Shown: positions 9,684-18,426 of the stretch, one piece after another
Numbering within the stretch: the stretch's first letter is position 1
Layout: the number at the start of each line of letters is the position of its first letter
Source of the DNA: Spirochaetota bacterium
Lineage (GTDB): Bacteria; Spirochaetota; UBA12135; COTS27; CBDBHE01
DNA length: 64,000 bases
NCBI GenBank assembly: GCA_965205605.1
Contig: CBDBHE010000007.1
Location: 352,001-416,000 of the forward strand
Reading direction: 5' to 3'
The notes under the pieces: generated by a model
The model's input: only the letters and a program-made list of their open reading frames with translations
Told to the model about the DNA's origin: nothing
The model's database searches: none
Made by a program: the position numbers and the translations under genes

Positions 9684-11675
9684 ATGACGCCAAAAGAAAC
9701 AAAAAAAAAATTTGACTTAAAAAATAATCAAGAAAAAAAGCTCTTACTAGCGATGAGCCTTTTAACAATCTTGTGTCTAATTTTTACTTTAAGTGCTTGG
9801 GTACTAGAAGCTACCTATGAAAAAACAGATGCTTTAAAACAAAATCTTATTTGGTTTTTTTATTGTTTTGCTTATATTTCAGGAGGGTATTATTCAGCTC
9901 AAGAAGTTTGGATCTCTTTAAGCAAAAAAAAAATTGATGTCAATTTACTGATGATCCTCTCCGCTTTAGGAGCGGCCTACATTGATGAGCTCAAAGAAGG
10001 AGCCACGTTAATGTTTCTTTTCAGCCTCTCTAATACCCTAGAGCATTACACTATCAATAAAACCAAAGAAGGCGTTCATGCTCTCTTAAAAATGACGCCA
10101 AAAACAGCGAGACTCCTCATTAAAAACAAAAGTAAAGTTATCGAAAAAGAAGTCCCTATTGAAAAGGTAAAAAAAAATGATGTGGTGATCATTAAAGCTG
10201 GAGAAATGATTTGTGTCGATGGGGTGATTCTTGAGGGTCTCTCGTTTATTGACGAATCAAGCATTACAGGTGAATCATTCCCGGTCAAAAAAAAAAAGCA
10301 AGACAACGTATTTGCCGGCACCATGAATCAAGAAGGAATGCTAAAAATTCAAGTTAATTTAGAAGCCAAAGATTTTATGATTGCTCAAATGATCAAGCTC
10401 GTCAAACAAGCAAGAAGTAAAAAAGCAAATGCCCAACATTTTACAGATCGTATTATTGGCCAGTATTACACTATCAGTGTCTTAGGACTCACTTTATGTG
10501 TGATACTAACAACATTTTTATTTTTAAAATGGGATTTTGAAAAAAGTTTTTACAGATCTATTATGTTTATGGTGGTTGCTTCTCCGTGTGCGTTAGTGAT
10601 TTCGATCCCTTCGGCGATTCTTTCTGCCTTAGCCAATGCCACCAAACAAGGAGTGCTTTTTAAAGGAGGAATGTATTTAGAAAAAACCGCTCAAATTACA
10701 AGCATTGCTCTTGATAAAACAGGCACTCTCACTAAAGGAAACCCAAGTGTTACTCGTCTTTTACCTCTTAATCGTCCTTATTTACAAAGCCTTTCTTTGT
10801 TACCAAAAACCTTTACCCATGCCTCTCTTTCTAAAGAAGAAGCCTTACTCTACTCTCTTTTTGGATCCATCGAACAATTTTCCACTCACCCTATTGCCAA
10901 ATGCATTACTAAGCAAACCAAAAAAAACGCCTTGCCTTTTTTAGAGGTCAAAGGCTTTAAATCCATCACTGGAAAAGGAGTGGAAGGTAGCATTGAAAAT
11001 AAACTCTTTCAAATTGGTAACCCCAAAGCCTTTTGCAAACTCACCCCTGCCTTAAAACAACAAATCAAAGACTTAGAAGAAAAAAATCAAACCGTCATTG
11101 TTCTTTCTCATCAAAAAATATCCCTTGGAATCTTAACGATTAGTGACCCGATTAGAGATGAAGCTAGTAAACTTATCACTGATCTTAAAAAAATAGGGAT
11201 TAAAAAAATTATTTTACTCACCGGAGACAATCATTCTGTCGCTCAAAACCTTGCAAAAACCCTTAAAATTGACGAGTTTTACGCTGAATGTTCTCCAAAA
11301 GATAAAATCAACAAAATCAAACAACTCAAAAAAAAAGGCTTCGTTGCCATGATAGGAGACGGCACTAATGATGCCCCTTCTTTATCAGCGGCTTCCATTG
11401 GCATCGCCATGGGTGTCGCCGGCACTGACATCGCCATTGAAAGTGCCGATATTTTACTCATGAAAGACAATTTAAACCTCATCCCTAAAATGATTACCCT
11501 TTCTAAAAAAACGACCCGTATTATCAAACAAAATATGACCTTCGCTTTTTTAGTGATGATTGCTTTAGTCATTCTTTCTTTTAGCGGGAATGTTAATCTA
11601 CCTTTAAGTGTTTTGGGTCACGAAGGTAGCACCATCTTAGTCATTTTAAACGCTCTAAGACTCCTTAAAAATTAA
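9684..11675 (+). CDS. Heavy-metal P1B-type ATPase, P1B-4-like (Co/Zn/Fe/Cd export)
   Basis: TGES, SPC in TM, DKTGT, HP, TGD, GDGTND and HEGST motifs; no N-terminal CxxC metal-binding domain. Confidence 0.9.
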   Translation: MTPKETKKKFDLKNNQEKKLLLAMSLLTILCLIFTLSAWVLEATYEKTDALKQNLIWFFYCFAYISGGYYSAQEVWISLSKKKIDVNLLMILSALGAAYIDELKEGATLMFLFSLSNTLEHYTINKTKEGVHALLKMTPKTARLLIKNKSKVIEKEVPIEKVKKNDVVIIKAGEMICVDGVILEGLSFIDESSITGESFPVKKKKQDNVFAGTMNQEGMLKIQVNLEAKDFMIAQMIKLVKQARSKKANAQHFTDRIIGQYYTISVLGLTLCVILTTFLFLKWDFEKSFYRSIMFMVVASPCALVISIPSAILSALANATKQGVLFKGGMYLEKTAQITSIALDKTGTLTKGNPSVTRLLPLNRPYLQSLSLLPKTFTHASLSKEEALLYSLFGSIEQFSTHPIAKCITKQTKKNALPFLEVKGFKSITGKGVEGSIENKLFQIGNPKAFCKLTPALKQQIKDLEEKNQTVIVLSHQKISLGILTISDPIRDEASKLITDLKKIGIKKIILLTGDNHSVAQNLAKTLKIDEFYAECSPKDKINKIKQLKKKGFVAMIGDGTNDAPSLSAASIGIAMGVAGTDIAIESADILLMKDNLNLIPKMITLSKKTTRIIKQNMTFAFLVMIALVILSFSGNVNLPLSVLGHEGSTILVILNALRLLKN

Positions 11676-11960
11676 CCGATTTTTTTTAAAAAAAAACAAA
11701 GATAAAGAAGATGTAATAAAAAACTTTTGTCCTACCTTCCTCTATATAAAAGAAAAAAATGGAACAAAAGAGTTTTAAAATAGCATCCTCTTAAAAGAAT
11801 CAAAAAAAAAGTACTTCCTCCCAAGATACAACCTTGTATTTTTTCTAAAACATCATTCTTTTCTTCATATTTTAAACAAAAAAAAGATTTTTTCATTCTC
11901 TCTTAAGAAGAATAAAAAAGTAGCATTAAAAAATTCTTTGTACAAGGAGATTTTATGAAA

Positions 11961-12770
11961 TTACTTTTTTTCTTCTAAAAAAAACTTAGGAACCTGTATT
12001 TTTAAAAGAGATTTTGTTTTTTCAAAATAATTTCTTGCTTGCTCAAAGGTTTTTTTAAGGTGTGTTTGAGATCTACTCGTCATACTAACCATTGCCAAAT
12101 AAGGCTTATCAACAAAAGGGTACGAACCAATAACAACTCGCTGATTTTTTTCTTGAAGAACTTTTAAAAAAGAAGCAAAGATGGATTCATCAGTGGAGAG
12201 GTAGAGAAAAGCTCTAAAAAAAGATTGGAAAGAGGGTAAATAATCTAAAACTTGAGGAAGTTTTTTTTTAAGGGCCCGGGGCAACCCAGGCAAAATGATC
12301 ACCTTGTTAACGACCACTAAAGGCCAAGAAGAATCCTCGGATGAATAAACAAGTTTGGTATTAGCTGGTAAAGTACTCATTTTATCAGCGGCTTTGATGA
12401 CTTCTTGATCTAAAGGCAGTTTAGCTGTCTTTAAAAACAATTCTCGATAAGCGGGGAAGGATTTCATCGACACACCAAAAGCTTTGGCAATACCTTGGTA
12501 AGTCACATCATCGTGAGTAGGCCCTACTCCCCCGGTAGTAATCACATACTCATATTGCTTGATTAGTGAGTTAAGGGTACTGGCAATTAAAGAAACCTGA
12601 TCGCCTACTAAGCGCATTTGTCCAACAGAAAGCCCTTTATCATCAAGCGCTTTTAAAATCAAAAAACTATTGGTTTCTTGGATCTGAGCACTTAAGAGTT
12701 CATCACCTATGATTAAAATAGCAATCATTTCATTAACTTTTTTTCTATTTTTTAACATGAGTTTAGTCAT
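11961..12770 (-). CDS. COG1058/CinA-N molybdopterin-binding-like protein (putative nucleotide pyrophosphatase)
   Basis: IIGDELLS..ETN, TTGGVGPTHDDVT, LPGLP and IGSYP motifs; likely starts at MIAILII. Confidence 0.85.
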   Translation of the reverse strand: MTKLMLKNRKKVNEMIAILIIGDELLSAQIQETNSFLILKALDDKGLSVGQMRLVGDQVSLIASTLNSLIKQYEYVITTGGVGPTHDDVTYQGIAKAFGVSMKSFPAYRELFLKTAKLPLDQEVIKAADKMSTLPANTKLVYSSEDSSWPLVVVNKVIILPGLPRALKKKLPQVLDYLPSFQSFFRAFLYLSTDESIFASFLKVLQEKNQRVVIGSYPFVDKPYLAMVSMTSRSQTHLKKTFEQARNYFEKTKSLLKIQVPKFFLEEKK

Positions 12771-12848
12771 TTTTTAATCTAAACCTTCAAAAGAAAAAAC
12801 TAAAGAATATAAAAAGTTTGCCAATAAATATAAAAAGGTCTTTTTTTT

Positions 12849-13232
12849 ATGACTTATAAAGTATACCTTCTAAAACAATGCGGGACTTGTAAAAAAGCCA
12901 TTCGTTTTTTAGAAGCTCATCAAATCAATTATCAAACTCTTGCTATTAGACAAACCCCTCCAAACGAAGAAGAGCTTTCAGTTGCTTATCAAACGTATTG
13001 GCCTCAAATTAAAAAAATCATCAACACCTCGAGTATTGATTATCGTAGCAGTTCATTAAAAGACACGATCTTGGGAATGAAAAAAAAAGATTTAATCACA
13101 CTACTAAAAAACAATGGCAATTTGATCAAACGTCCTTTTGTCGTTGTCGTTGGTAAAAAAAAAGTGCTGGTCGGATTTAAAGAAGAGATTTGGAGAGATT
13201 TTTTTCTAAAAAACACCCAAGAAATTGACTAA
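12849..13232 (+). CDS. ArsC/Spx/YffB family protein
   Basis: CGTCKKA, NTSS, LIKRP and VGF motifs. Confidence 0.88.
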   Translation: MTYKVYLLKQCGTCKKAIRFLEAHQINYQTLAIRQTPPNEEELSVAYQTYWPQIKKIINTSSIDYRSSSLKDTILGMKKKDLITLLKNNGNLIKRPFVVVVGKKKVLVGFKEEIWRDFFLKNTQEID

Positions 13233-13264
13233 TCTTTTAATAGGAGTTAGAAAAGTAAATAAAA

Positions 13265-15100
13265 ATGAAAAAAAAATCTAGAATCATCATAACGTGTTGT
13301 TGGGTTTTAAGCTTGCTAATAGGGGGACTTTTAAACGCATCACTTTGGAGTCAAAATTGGCCTATTTATAAAGGGAATGTTTTTTTTACAGGTAACAATG
13401 ATGCCATTAGCCCAATAGGAAAAGACATTGTTTGGAAAGTAAAAACAGATGGCATGGCCAATAGCCCTATTGTTTCAGAAGGGAGAGTTTATTTTTCTAC
13501 CAGAGGGGGATTTTTATATGCCGCCAAAGAATCAAGTGGAAAAGTGATTTTTAAAACAAAACTGTATTCATCTGCTTTTAGGCCTTTAGTGCTATCGGGA
13601 GAATATTTAATTGCTTCTGATTTTCAATGGCTTTACTGTTTTGATAAAAAAACAGGTCAAATTATTTGGGCAAGAAAAGATAAAGATCATGGTCTCTACG
13701 CTTCTCCTACGATTTACAATCAAAACATTTATTACGGCAGTCGCAAGCAATTTTTTGCCAAAAACATCCAAAATGGACACGAGCTTTGGAGTCAAAAAAA
13801 AATTACTTCGTGGGGGGGATTTCCATATATTTATGGGGATAAGCTGATTTATTTGTCTAAAAACATTCAAAGCAAAAAAAATAATTTGTTTTTTTTAAAA
13901 ACAAGCACCGGAAAGATTTTATGGGAAAAACCACTGCCGTACGCGATTAAGATTATTTCTCCTGTGGTGTATCAAAAAAGGATTTATGCCGTCATTGCTT
14001 CCAATTGTTTTCAACTAGACAGTCAAACGGGAGATATTTTAACACAACAAGATTATGAAGATTATATTATAGGACAAGTTGCTTTTTCAGAAAAAAACAT
14101 TATTTTACCAATGCGTAATGGCAATTTAGCGATTTCAGATGTTTTTTCTCTTAAAAGACAAAAAACGATCAAAACGGGTTTTTCAAGTGCCCCTCATTTT
14201 ATTTTAATTGGAAACGAAATCTACACAGCAGGGATCATTAAAACAAAAGAAGGAAACTTAAACTATATTAAAGGATTTGATTTTAAAACAGGTGAGATGA
14301 TTTATCAGTTAAGCATCCCTAAAAAAAAGTCAATATCGGGCTTAATTGCTTCTAACGGACGACTTTTTGTTTCAACAGAAGACTCTGTTTTGGCCATTGG
14401 CAAAAACAACAAAATCATTGTGGACGCCAAGCCCCCTCTAAACAAACAAAAAAAAGATATGGATGGGGATGGAAAAGTGAAAATCATCCTTGTTTTAAAA
14501 GACCAAAAAACAGGAGAAAATCTTTCGGGAAAGTTTGAAATCCTCACTCGAAATCAAAACGGAGAAGTGATTGACAAGCAAACACTTGATTTTAAAAAAG
14601 AAGAGCAATCAAAAGTAATTTCTGTTCCTGAAAATGGGACGACAGAAATCATTGGTTCTTCAGATGATTATCTCGCCAATAAAACCGTTTTAAATGAAAA
14701 ACAAAAAAAACAAAAAACAGAAAAAAAAGGTAAAGTCAATCTTGGAAAAATAAAAGATGGACAAATTATCCAAGTCAACCACATTGGTTTTGCTTACAAT
14801 AAAAGTACTTTAACCACGCAGTCGTTTAATATTTTAAATAAAATTAAAGATTCTCTTTTGCAAAAACCCCATTTAAAAATCGAGATTGTAGGACATACCG
14901 ATAACATCGGAAGTGAAAATTACAACTTAAAATTATCTGAAAATCGCGCTGATACCGTCAAAGAATATCTCGTCAAACAAGGAATCTTTCAAGAACGTAT
15001 TATCACCAAAGGCTACGGAGAATCTAAACCTATCGCCAGTAACAATTTAGAAGAAGGAAGAGAAAAAAATAGACGCACTGAGTTTCGTATTTTTAAATAA
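13265..15100 (+). CDS. Exported PQQ-like beta-propeller protein with C-terminal OmpA peptidoglycan-binding domain
   Basis: Signal peptide; repeated (D/K)xxTG..(I/L)W blades; GHTDNIG...LSENRA...GYGESKP...NRRTEF. Confidence 0.85.
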   Translation: MKKKSRIIITCCWVLSLLIGGLLNASLWSQNWPIYKGNVFFTGNNDAISPIGKDIVWKVKTDGMANSPIVSEGRVYFSTRGGFLYAAKESSGKVIFKTKLYSSAFRPLVLSGEYLIASDFQWLYCFDKKTGQIIWARKDKDHGLYASPTIYNQNIYYGSRKQFFAKNIQNGHELWSQKKITSWGGFPYIYGDKLIYLSKNIQSKKNNLFFLKTSTGKILWEKPLPYAIKIISPVVYQKRIYAVIASNCFQLDSQTGDILTQQDYEDYIIGQVAFSEKNIILPMRNGNLAISDVFSLKRQKTIKTGFSSAPHFILIGNEIYTAGIIKTKEGNLNYIKGFDFKTGEMIYQLSIPKKKSISGLIASNGRLFVSTEDSVLAIGKNNKIIVDAKPPLNKQKKDMDGDGKVKIILVLKDQKTGENLSGKFEILTRNQNGEVIDKQTLDFKKEEQSKVISVPENGTTEIIGSSDDYLANKTVLNEKQKKQKTEKKGKVNLGKIKDGQIIQVNHIGFAYNKSTLTTQSFNILNKIKDSLLQKPHLKIEIVGHTDNIGSENYNLKLSENRADTVKEYLVKQGIFQERIITKGYGESKPIASNNLEEGREKNRRTEFRIFK

Positions 15101-15120
15101 ATTGACAAAGAATTAAAGGT

Positions 15121-15585
15121 ATGGTTTTATTAAAGAAAATTTTTTTTAATAAACAAGAGTCATTTAGCGTGAATTTATTTTTTATCTTCCAAATCAGTTT
15201 TCTTTTTTTTCATTTAATTTTTGCAGGAATCTATTTAGGTAGTTTAATTTTTGTACAAAGACAAGTCAAAGACAAAAAATTTTTGGACTTGATTAAAAAA
15301 AGCAAATCTTTTTTTAATTGGATGACTGTTTTATTACTTGTAAGTGGAGTCGGTCTTTTTTTCAGTCGATTTTCACAGATTATTTTTTCTAAACAAAAAA
15401 TAGGCCCTGCGTTGCACATTATTGAGTTTAAGCTTTTATTATTACTAGGGATTGGAGCGGTAAGTGGAATTTATAGCCGTAAAGTGAAAAAAGGCGACTT
15501 AAAATACCTTGGTTTATTTAGATGGATCAATGTTTTACTCCTTTGTCTAGGGATGCTTAGCGGGATTTTACTTCGCTATTATTAA
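15121..15585 (+). CDS. Small 4-TM membrane protein, unknown function
   Basis: Four hydrophobic segments; start may be GTG near 15169. Confidence 0.55.
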   Translation: MVLLKKIFFNKQESFSVNLFFIFQISFLFFHLIFAGIYLGSLIFVQRQVKDKKFLDLIKKSKSFFNWMTVLLLVSGVGLFFSRFSQIIFSKQKIGPALHIIEFKLLLLLGIGAVSGIYSRKVKKGDLKYLGLFRWINVLLLCLGMLSGILLRYY

Positions 15586-15640
15586 TTTTTATTAATTTTT
15601 TTTTCTTCTCAAAAAGAAGTTTTATTTTTAATTTTTGTTT

Positions 15641-16639
15641 TCATTTTTTAAAATGATCAAACCCTCCAAGCTTTTTTTCGTCTAAAACATTAAAGCGTCC
15701 ATCAGGAAAAACGAGAATGACTTCTTTAGTATCATGGAGGATTTCACCGATTTCATAACCAAAAGACTTGTCAGCATACTTGCTAGAGGTGGTGTATAAA
15801 AGCTCATAATCTTCTCCTCCGTAAAGAGCCATATGAGTGGGGGTGGGATTTTGTTTAAGTTTTTTAGCCGCTTTGACAAGCAGGGGACTAATGGGAAGTT
15901 TGTTTAGAAAAATTTTGGCTCCTTTATTGCTTTGTTTACAAAGATGGGCCAAGTCTCCTAAGAGTCCATCAGAAATATCAATGAGAGCATTGGCATAAGG
16001 CAAAACTTGGTTTAAAATATCAAACCTTGCTTTAGGTTTTTTTTGAGCGGCTTTAAGGGAAGCAAAACCTTTAATATTTTCAGTCAAGAGCAGTAAACCA
16101 CATTTAGCATTTCCAAGTGAACCGGTGACTTTAATACGGTCATGGGCTTTTGCTTGAGAACGAAGAAAGGTTCTTGAGGTCAATTTTTTACCAATAAGAG
16201 TGATAGAAATATGGATTTTATCAGAAAGGGTTGTATCCCCTCCTAAAATATCAAAAGCATATTGCTTACAACTGACTCTAATTCCTTGATACAAGCTTTT
16301 GACCCACTGTACAGAGGTGTGTTTGCTTATCGCCAAAGAGACCAAAGCGTATAAAGGCCATGCTCCCATAGCGGCTAAATCAGAAAGATTGGTTTGGATG
16401 GCTTTGATGCCAACTTCTTTAGGGGTAAAGGTTTTTACAGAAAAATGTCTATCTTCAACGAGCATGTCTGTGACTAAAACGTAGGGTCCTTCTTTAAAAT
16501 TGACAATGGCCCCATCATCGCCAATCCCTTTAATGACTTGGGGATTGGTTGATTTTTGAGTAATGAGATCAATGAGTTTAAACTCACCCCCCAGTTGTTC
16601 AATCGTTTTAAGCTTTTGTTTTTTTTTTTTCATTAGCAC
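15641..16639 (-). CDS. thiL: Thiamine-monophosphate kinase
   Basis: GIGDDGA, DMLVEDRHF, NLSDLAAMG, GGDT, DISDGL, GGEDYELL, GFDHF. Confidence 0.95.
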   Translation of the reverse strand: MLMKKKKQKLKTIEQLGGEFKLIDLITQKSTNPQVIKGIGDDGAIVNFKEGPYVLVTDMLVEDRHFSVKTFTPKEVGIKAIQTNLSDLAAMGAWPLYALVSLAISKHTSVQWVKSLYQGIRVSCKQYAFDILGGDTTLSDKIHISITLIGKKLTSRTFLRSQAKAHDRIKVTGSLGNAKCGLLLLTENIKGFASLKAAQKKPKARFDILNQVLPYANALIDISDGLLGDLAHLCKQSNKGAKIFLNKLPISPLLVKAAKKLKQNPTPTHMALYGGEDYELLYTTSSKYADKSFGYEIGEILHDTKEVILVFPDGRFNVLDEKKLGGFDHFKK

Positions 16640-16715
16640 GTTTATTTTTATAAAAAATTTTTTTTTTCTACTTTATTTAAAATCACTAACGGAGTATGGT
16701 ATATTTTTTTAAAAG

Positions 16716-17762
16716 ATGCGTTTAAATTATTTTTCAAAGTTGAAACTATTTTATCAAAAAAATAAATATGTTTTTAAGATTTTACTAATTTTTTTATTTT
16801 TTCTTCTTCTATGGATAAAAATTGATTTTTCAAAAATTACAGCGATTAAAATGGAATGGTTGGTGTATGGGCTCATTATGGTGCTTATCAGTCATGGGTT
16901 TGGCAACTTGTCGTGGTATTTTATTTTAAATGCTCTTAGAAAAAAGGCACCGATGAGAAAAAAGGCACCGATGATTTCTTTTAAAAAAATGATTATCCCC
17001 TATTGGTTGGGACTTTTTTTTAATAATTTTATGCCAACGAGTATTGGAGGGGATGTGATCAAAGGATTTTCGATACATCGAGTGTTAAAAAACCCATTAA
17101 AGATTACGCTTTCGATTGGGATAGATCGTTTGTTTGGGGTGGTGATTTTAATGGGGATTGGGATTCATAGTTGGCTATTATTTTTTTACAAGGGAAAGGT
17201 TTTGTTGTTATTTTGTATCGCCGAAGGGATGATAATTGGGTTATTATTTTTATTTTCAAAACATTTTTTTTGGATTTTAAAAAAAGGGTTTAAGTCGTTT
17301 GATTGGTTTGAAGATAAACGTCAATTGATCTTAAAAATCACTTCATCTTTAAAAGAGATATATAAGCAAAAGAAATTGTTTTTACTCATGACCTGTGGGA
17401 TGGTGTTGTCTCAATTGTTCAAGATTTTAATGAATGGATGTATTGTTTTAGGACTTGAGAAGAGAGGCAGTAGCCTCTTACCAGCAGAATATGTTTTTTT
17501 TCTTGTCCCTATTTATGGGATTTTGGCATTGATTAGTTTAACGCCCGGGGGACTAGGAGTTAAGGAATATTTATGTGTGTTATTATTTAAAAACGTTCCC
17601 TTTTTAATCCAAGGAGAAGACAGGGGAAGCTTTTCTGAAAGTTATATTGTCGAAATTACATTATTAAGTTTACTCAGTCATTTATTAGTGATGATTTCGA
17701 GTTTAGGAGGGGGGATTTTTTTTTTATTTGAAAAAAAAACCTTAAAAAGCACTTTTAGCTAA
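16716..17762 (+). CDS. Lysylphosphatidylglycerol-synthase TM / UPF0104 flippase-like protein
   Basis: GLFFNNFMPTSIGGDV, DRLFG and TPGGLGVKE motifs. Confidence 0.85.
   Translation: MRLNYFSKLKLFYQKNKYVFKILLIFLFFLLLWIKIDFSKITAIKMEWLVYGLIMVLISHGFGNLSWYFILNALRKKAPMRKKAPMISFKKMIIPYWLGLFFNNFMPTSIGGDVIKGFSIHRVLKNPLKITLSIGIDRLFGVVILMGIGIHSWLLFFYKGKVLLLFCIAEGMIIGLLFLFSKHFFWILKKGFKSFDWFEDKRQLILKITSSLKEIYKQKKLFLLMTCGMVLSQLFKILMNGCIVLGLEKRGSSLLPAEYVFFLVPIYGILALISLTPGGLGVKEYLCVLLFKNVPFLIQGEDRGSFSESYIVEITLLSLLSHLLVMISSLGGGIFFLFEKKTLKSTFS
16938..16973 (+). repeat. In-frame 18-bp perfect tandem duplication (RKKAPM x2)
   Basis: AGAAAAAAGGCACCGATG occurs twice in tandem. Confidence 0.9.
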
Positions 17763-18326
17763 AGCATCAACATAATCATTCCACTTATTATGAGAATGAG
17801 CTTTAACTTTTTCAAAATGATAGTTAATAGGACGAGAGTGAAGAAATAAGACATAGTCTTTTGCGATTTGGCTTTTGGCTTTCCAAGTCCCATCAGCCCA
17901 CCTAGCGATGCCTTCATAATCGTGGACTAAAGTGACATGGTGGTGATGTTTTTGAGCCCAGAGGATAGCTTGCTTTACGGCTTCAAGTTCGCCGTCGATA
18001 TTACGACTAAGGGCATTGTGGAGAGTTAATCCTTTATCAAAAGCAAGAATGCCTTCAAGTGTGGTTGCTACCCATGCCCAAGCTGATTTTTTACAAAGGC
18101 CATTAAATGACCCATCGACATAGATTCGAATAGAAGTTTTTGTTTTATTTTTTGTAAAAAAAGGCTTTGAAAGAATGTTTAAATAATTTTGAGCTTCTTT
18201 TTTATTAGTAAAGGCTCGATATTTAACATTTGAAACTCCTTTGATGATGGATTGACACTCTGACCAGCTGTCTAAAAGATGTGTTTTTTCAGCAGAAATA
18301 AAAATAGCGTAATACTTTTTAGGCAT
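17742..18326 (-). CDS. rnhA: Ribonuclease HI with N-terminal hybrid-binding domain
   Basis: KYYA..WSEC..KY.AF hybrid-binding domain; YVDGS, GEL, HDYEG, KVKAH..N..VD. Confidence 0.9.
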   Translation of the reverse strand: MPKKYYAIFISAEKTHLLDSWSECQSIIKGVSNVKYRAFTNKKEAQNYLNILSKPFFTKNKTKTSIRIYVDGSFNGLCKKSAWAWVATTLEGILAFDKGLTLHNALSRNIDGELEAVKQAILWAQKHHHHVTLVHDYEGIARWADGTWKAKSQIAKDYVLFLHSRPINYHFEKVKAHSHNKWNDYVDALAKSAF

Positions 18327-18426
18327 TTTTTTTTTATTTTAAAATGTTCTTAAAAATATTTATATAATGCTAAACTTTGAAACTTAAAATAAAGATTTAT
18401 AAAAAAAACTATTATAACTGTTATTT

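Noticed and set aside
17742-17762. 21-bp convergent overlap, same length as the purA overlap at 23653-23673
   Set aside because: No shared sequence; likely a coincidence of dense gene packing
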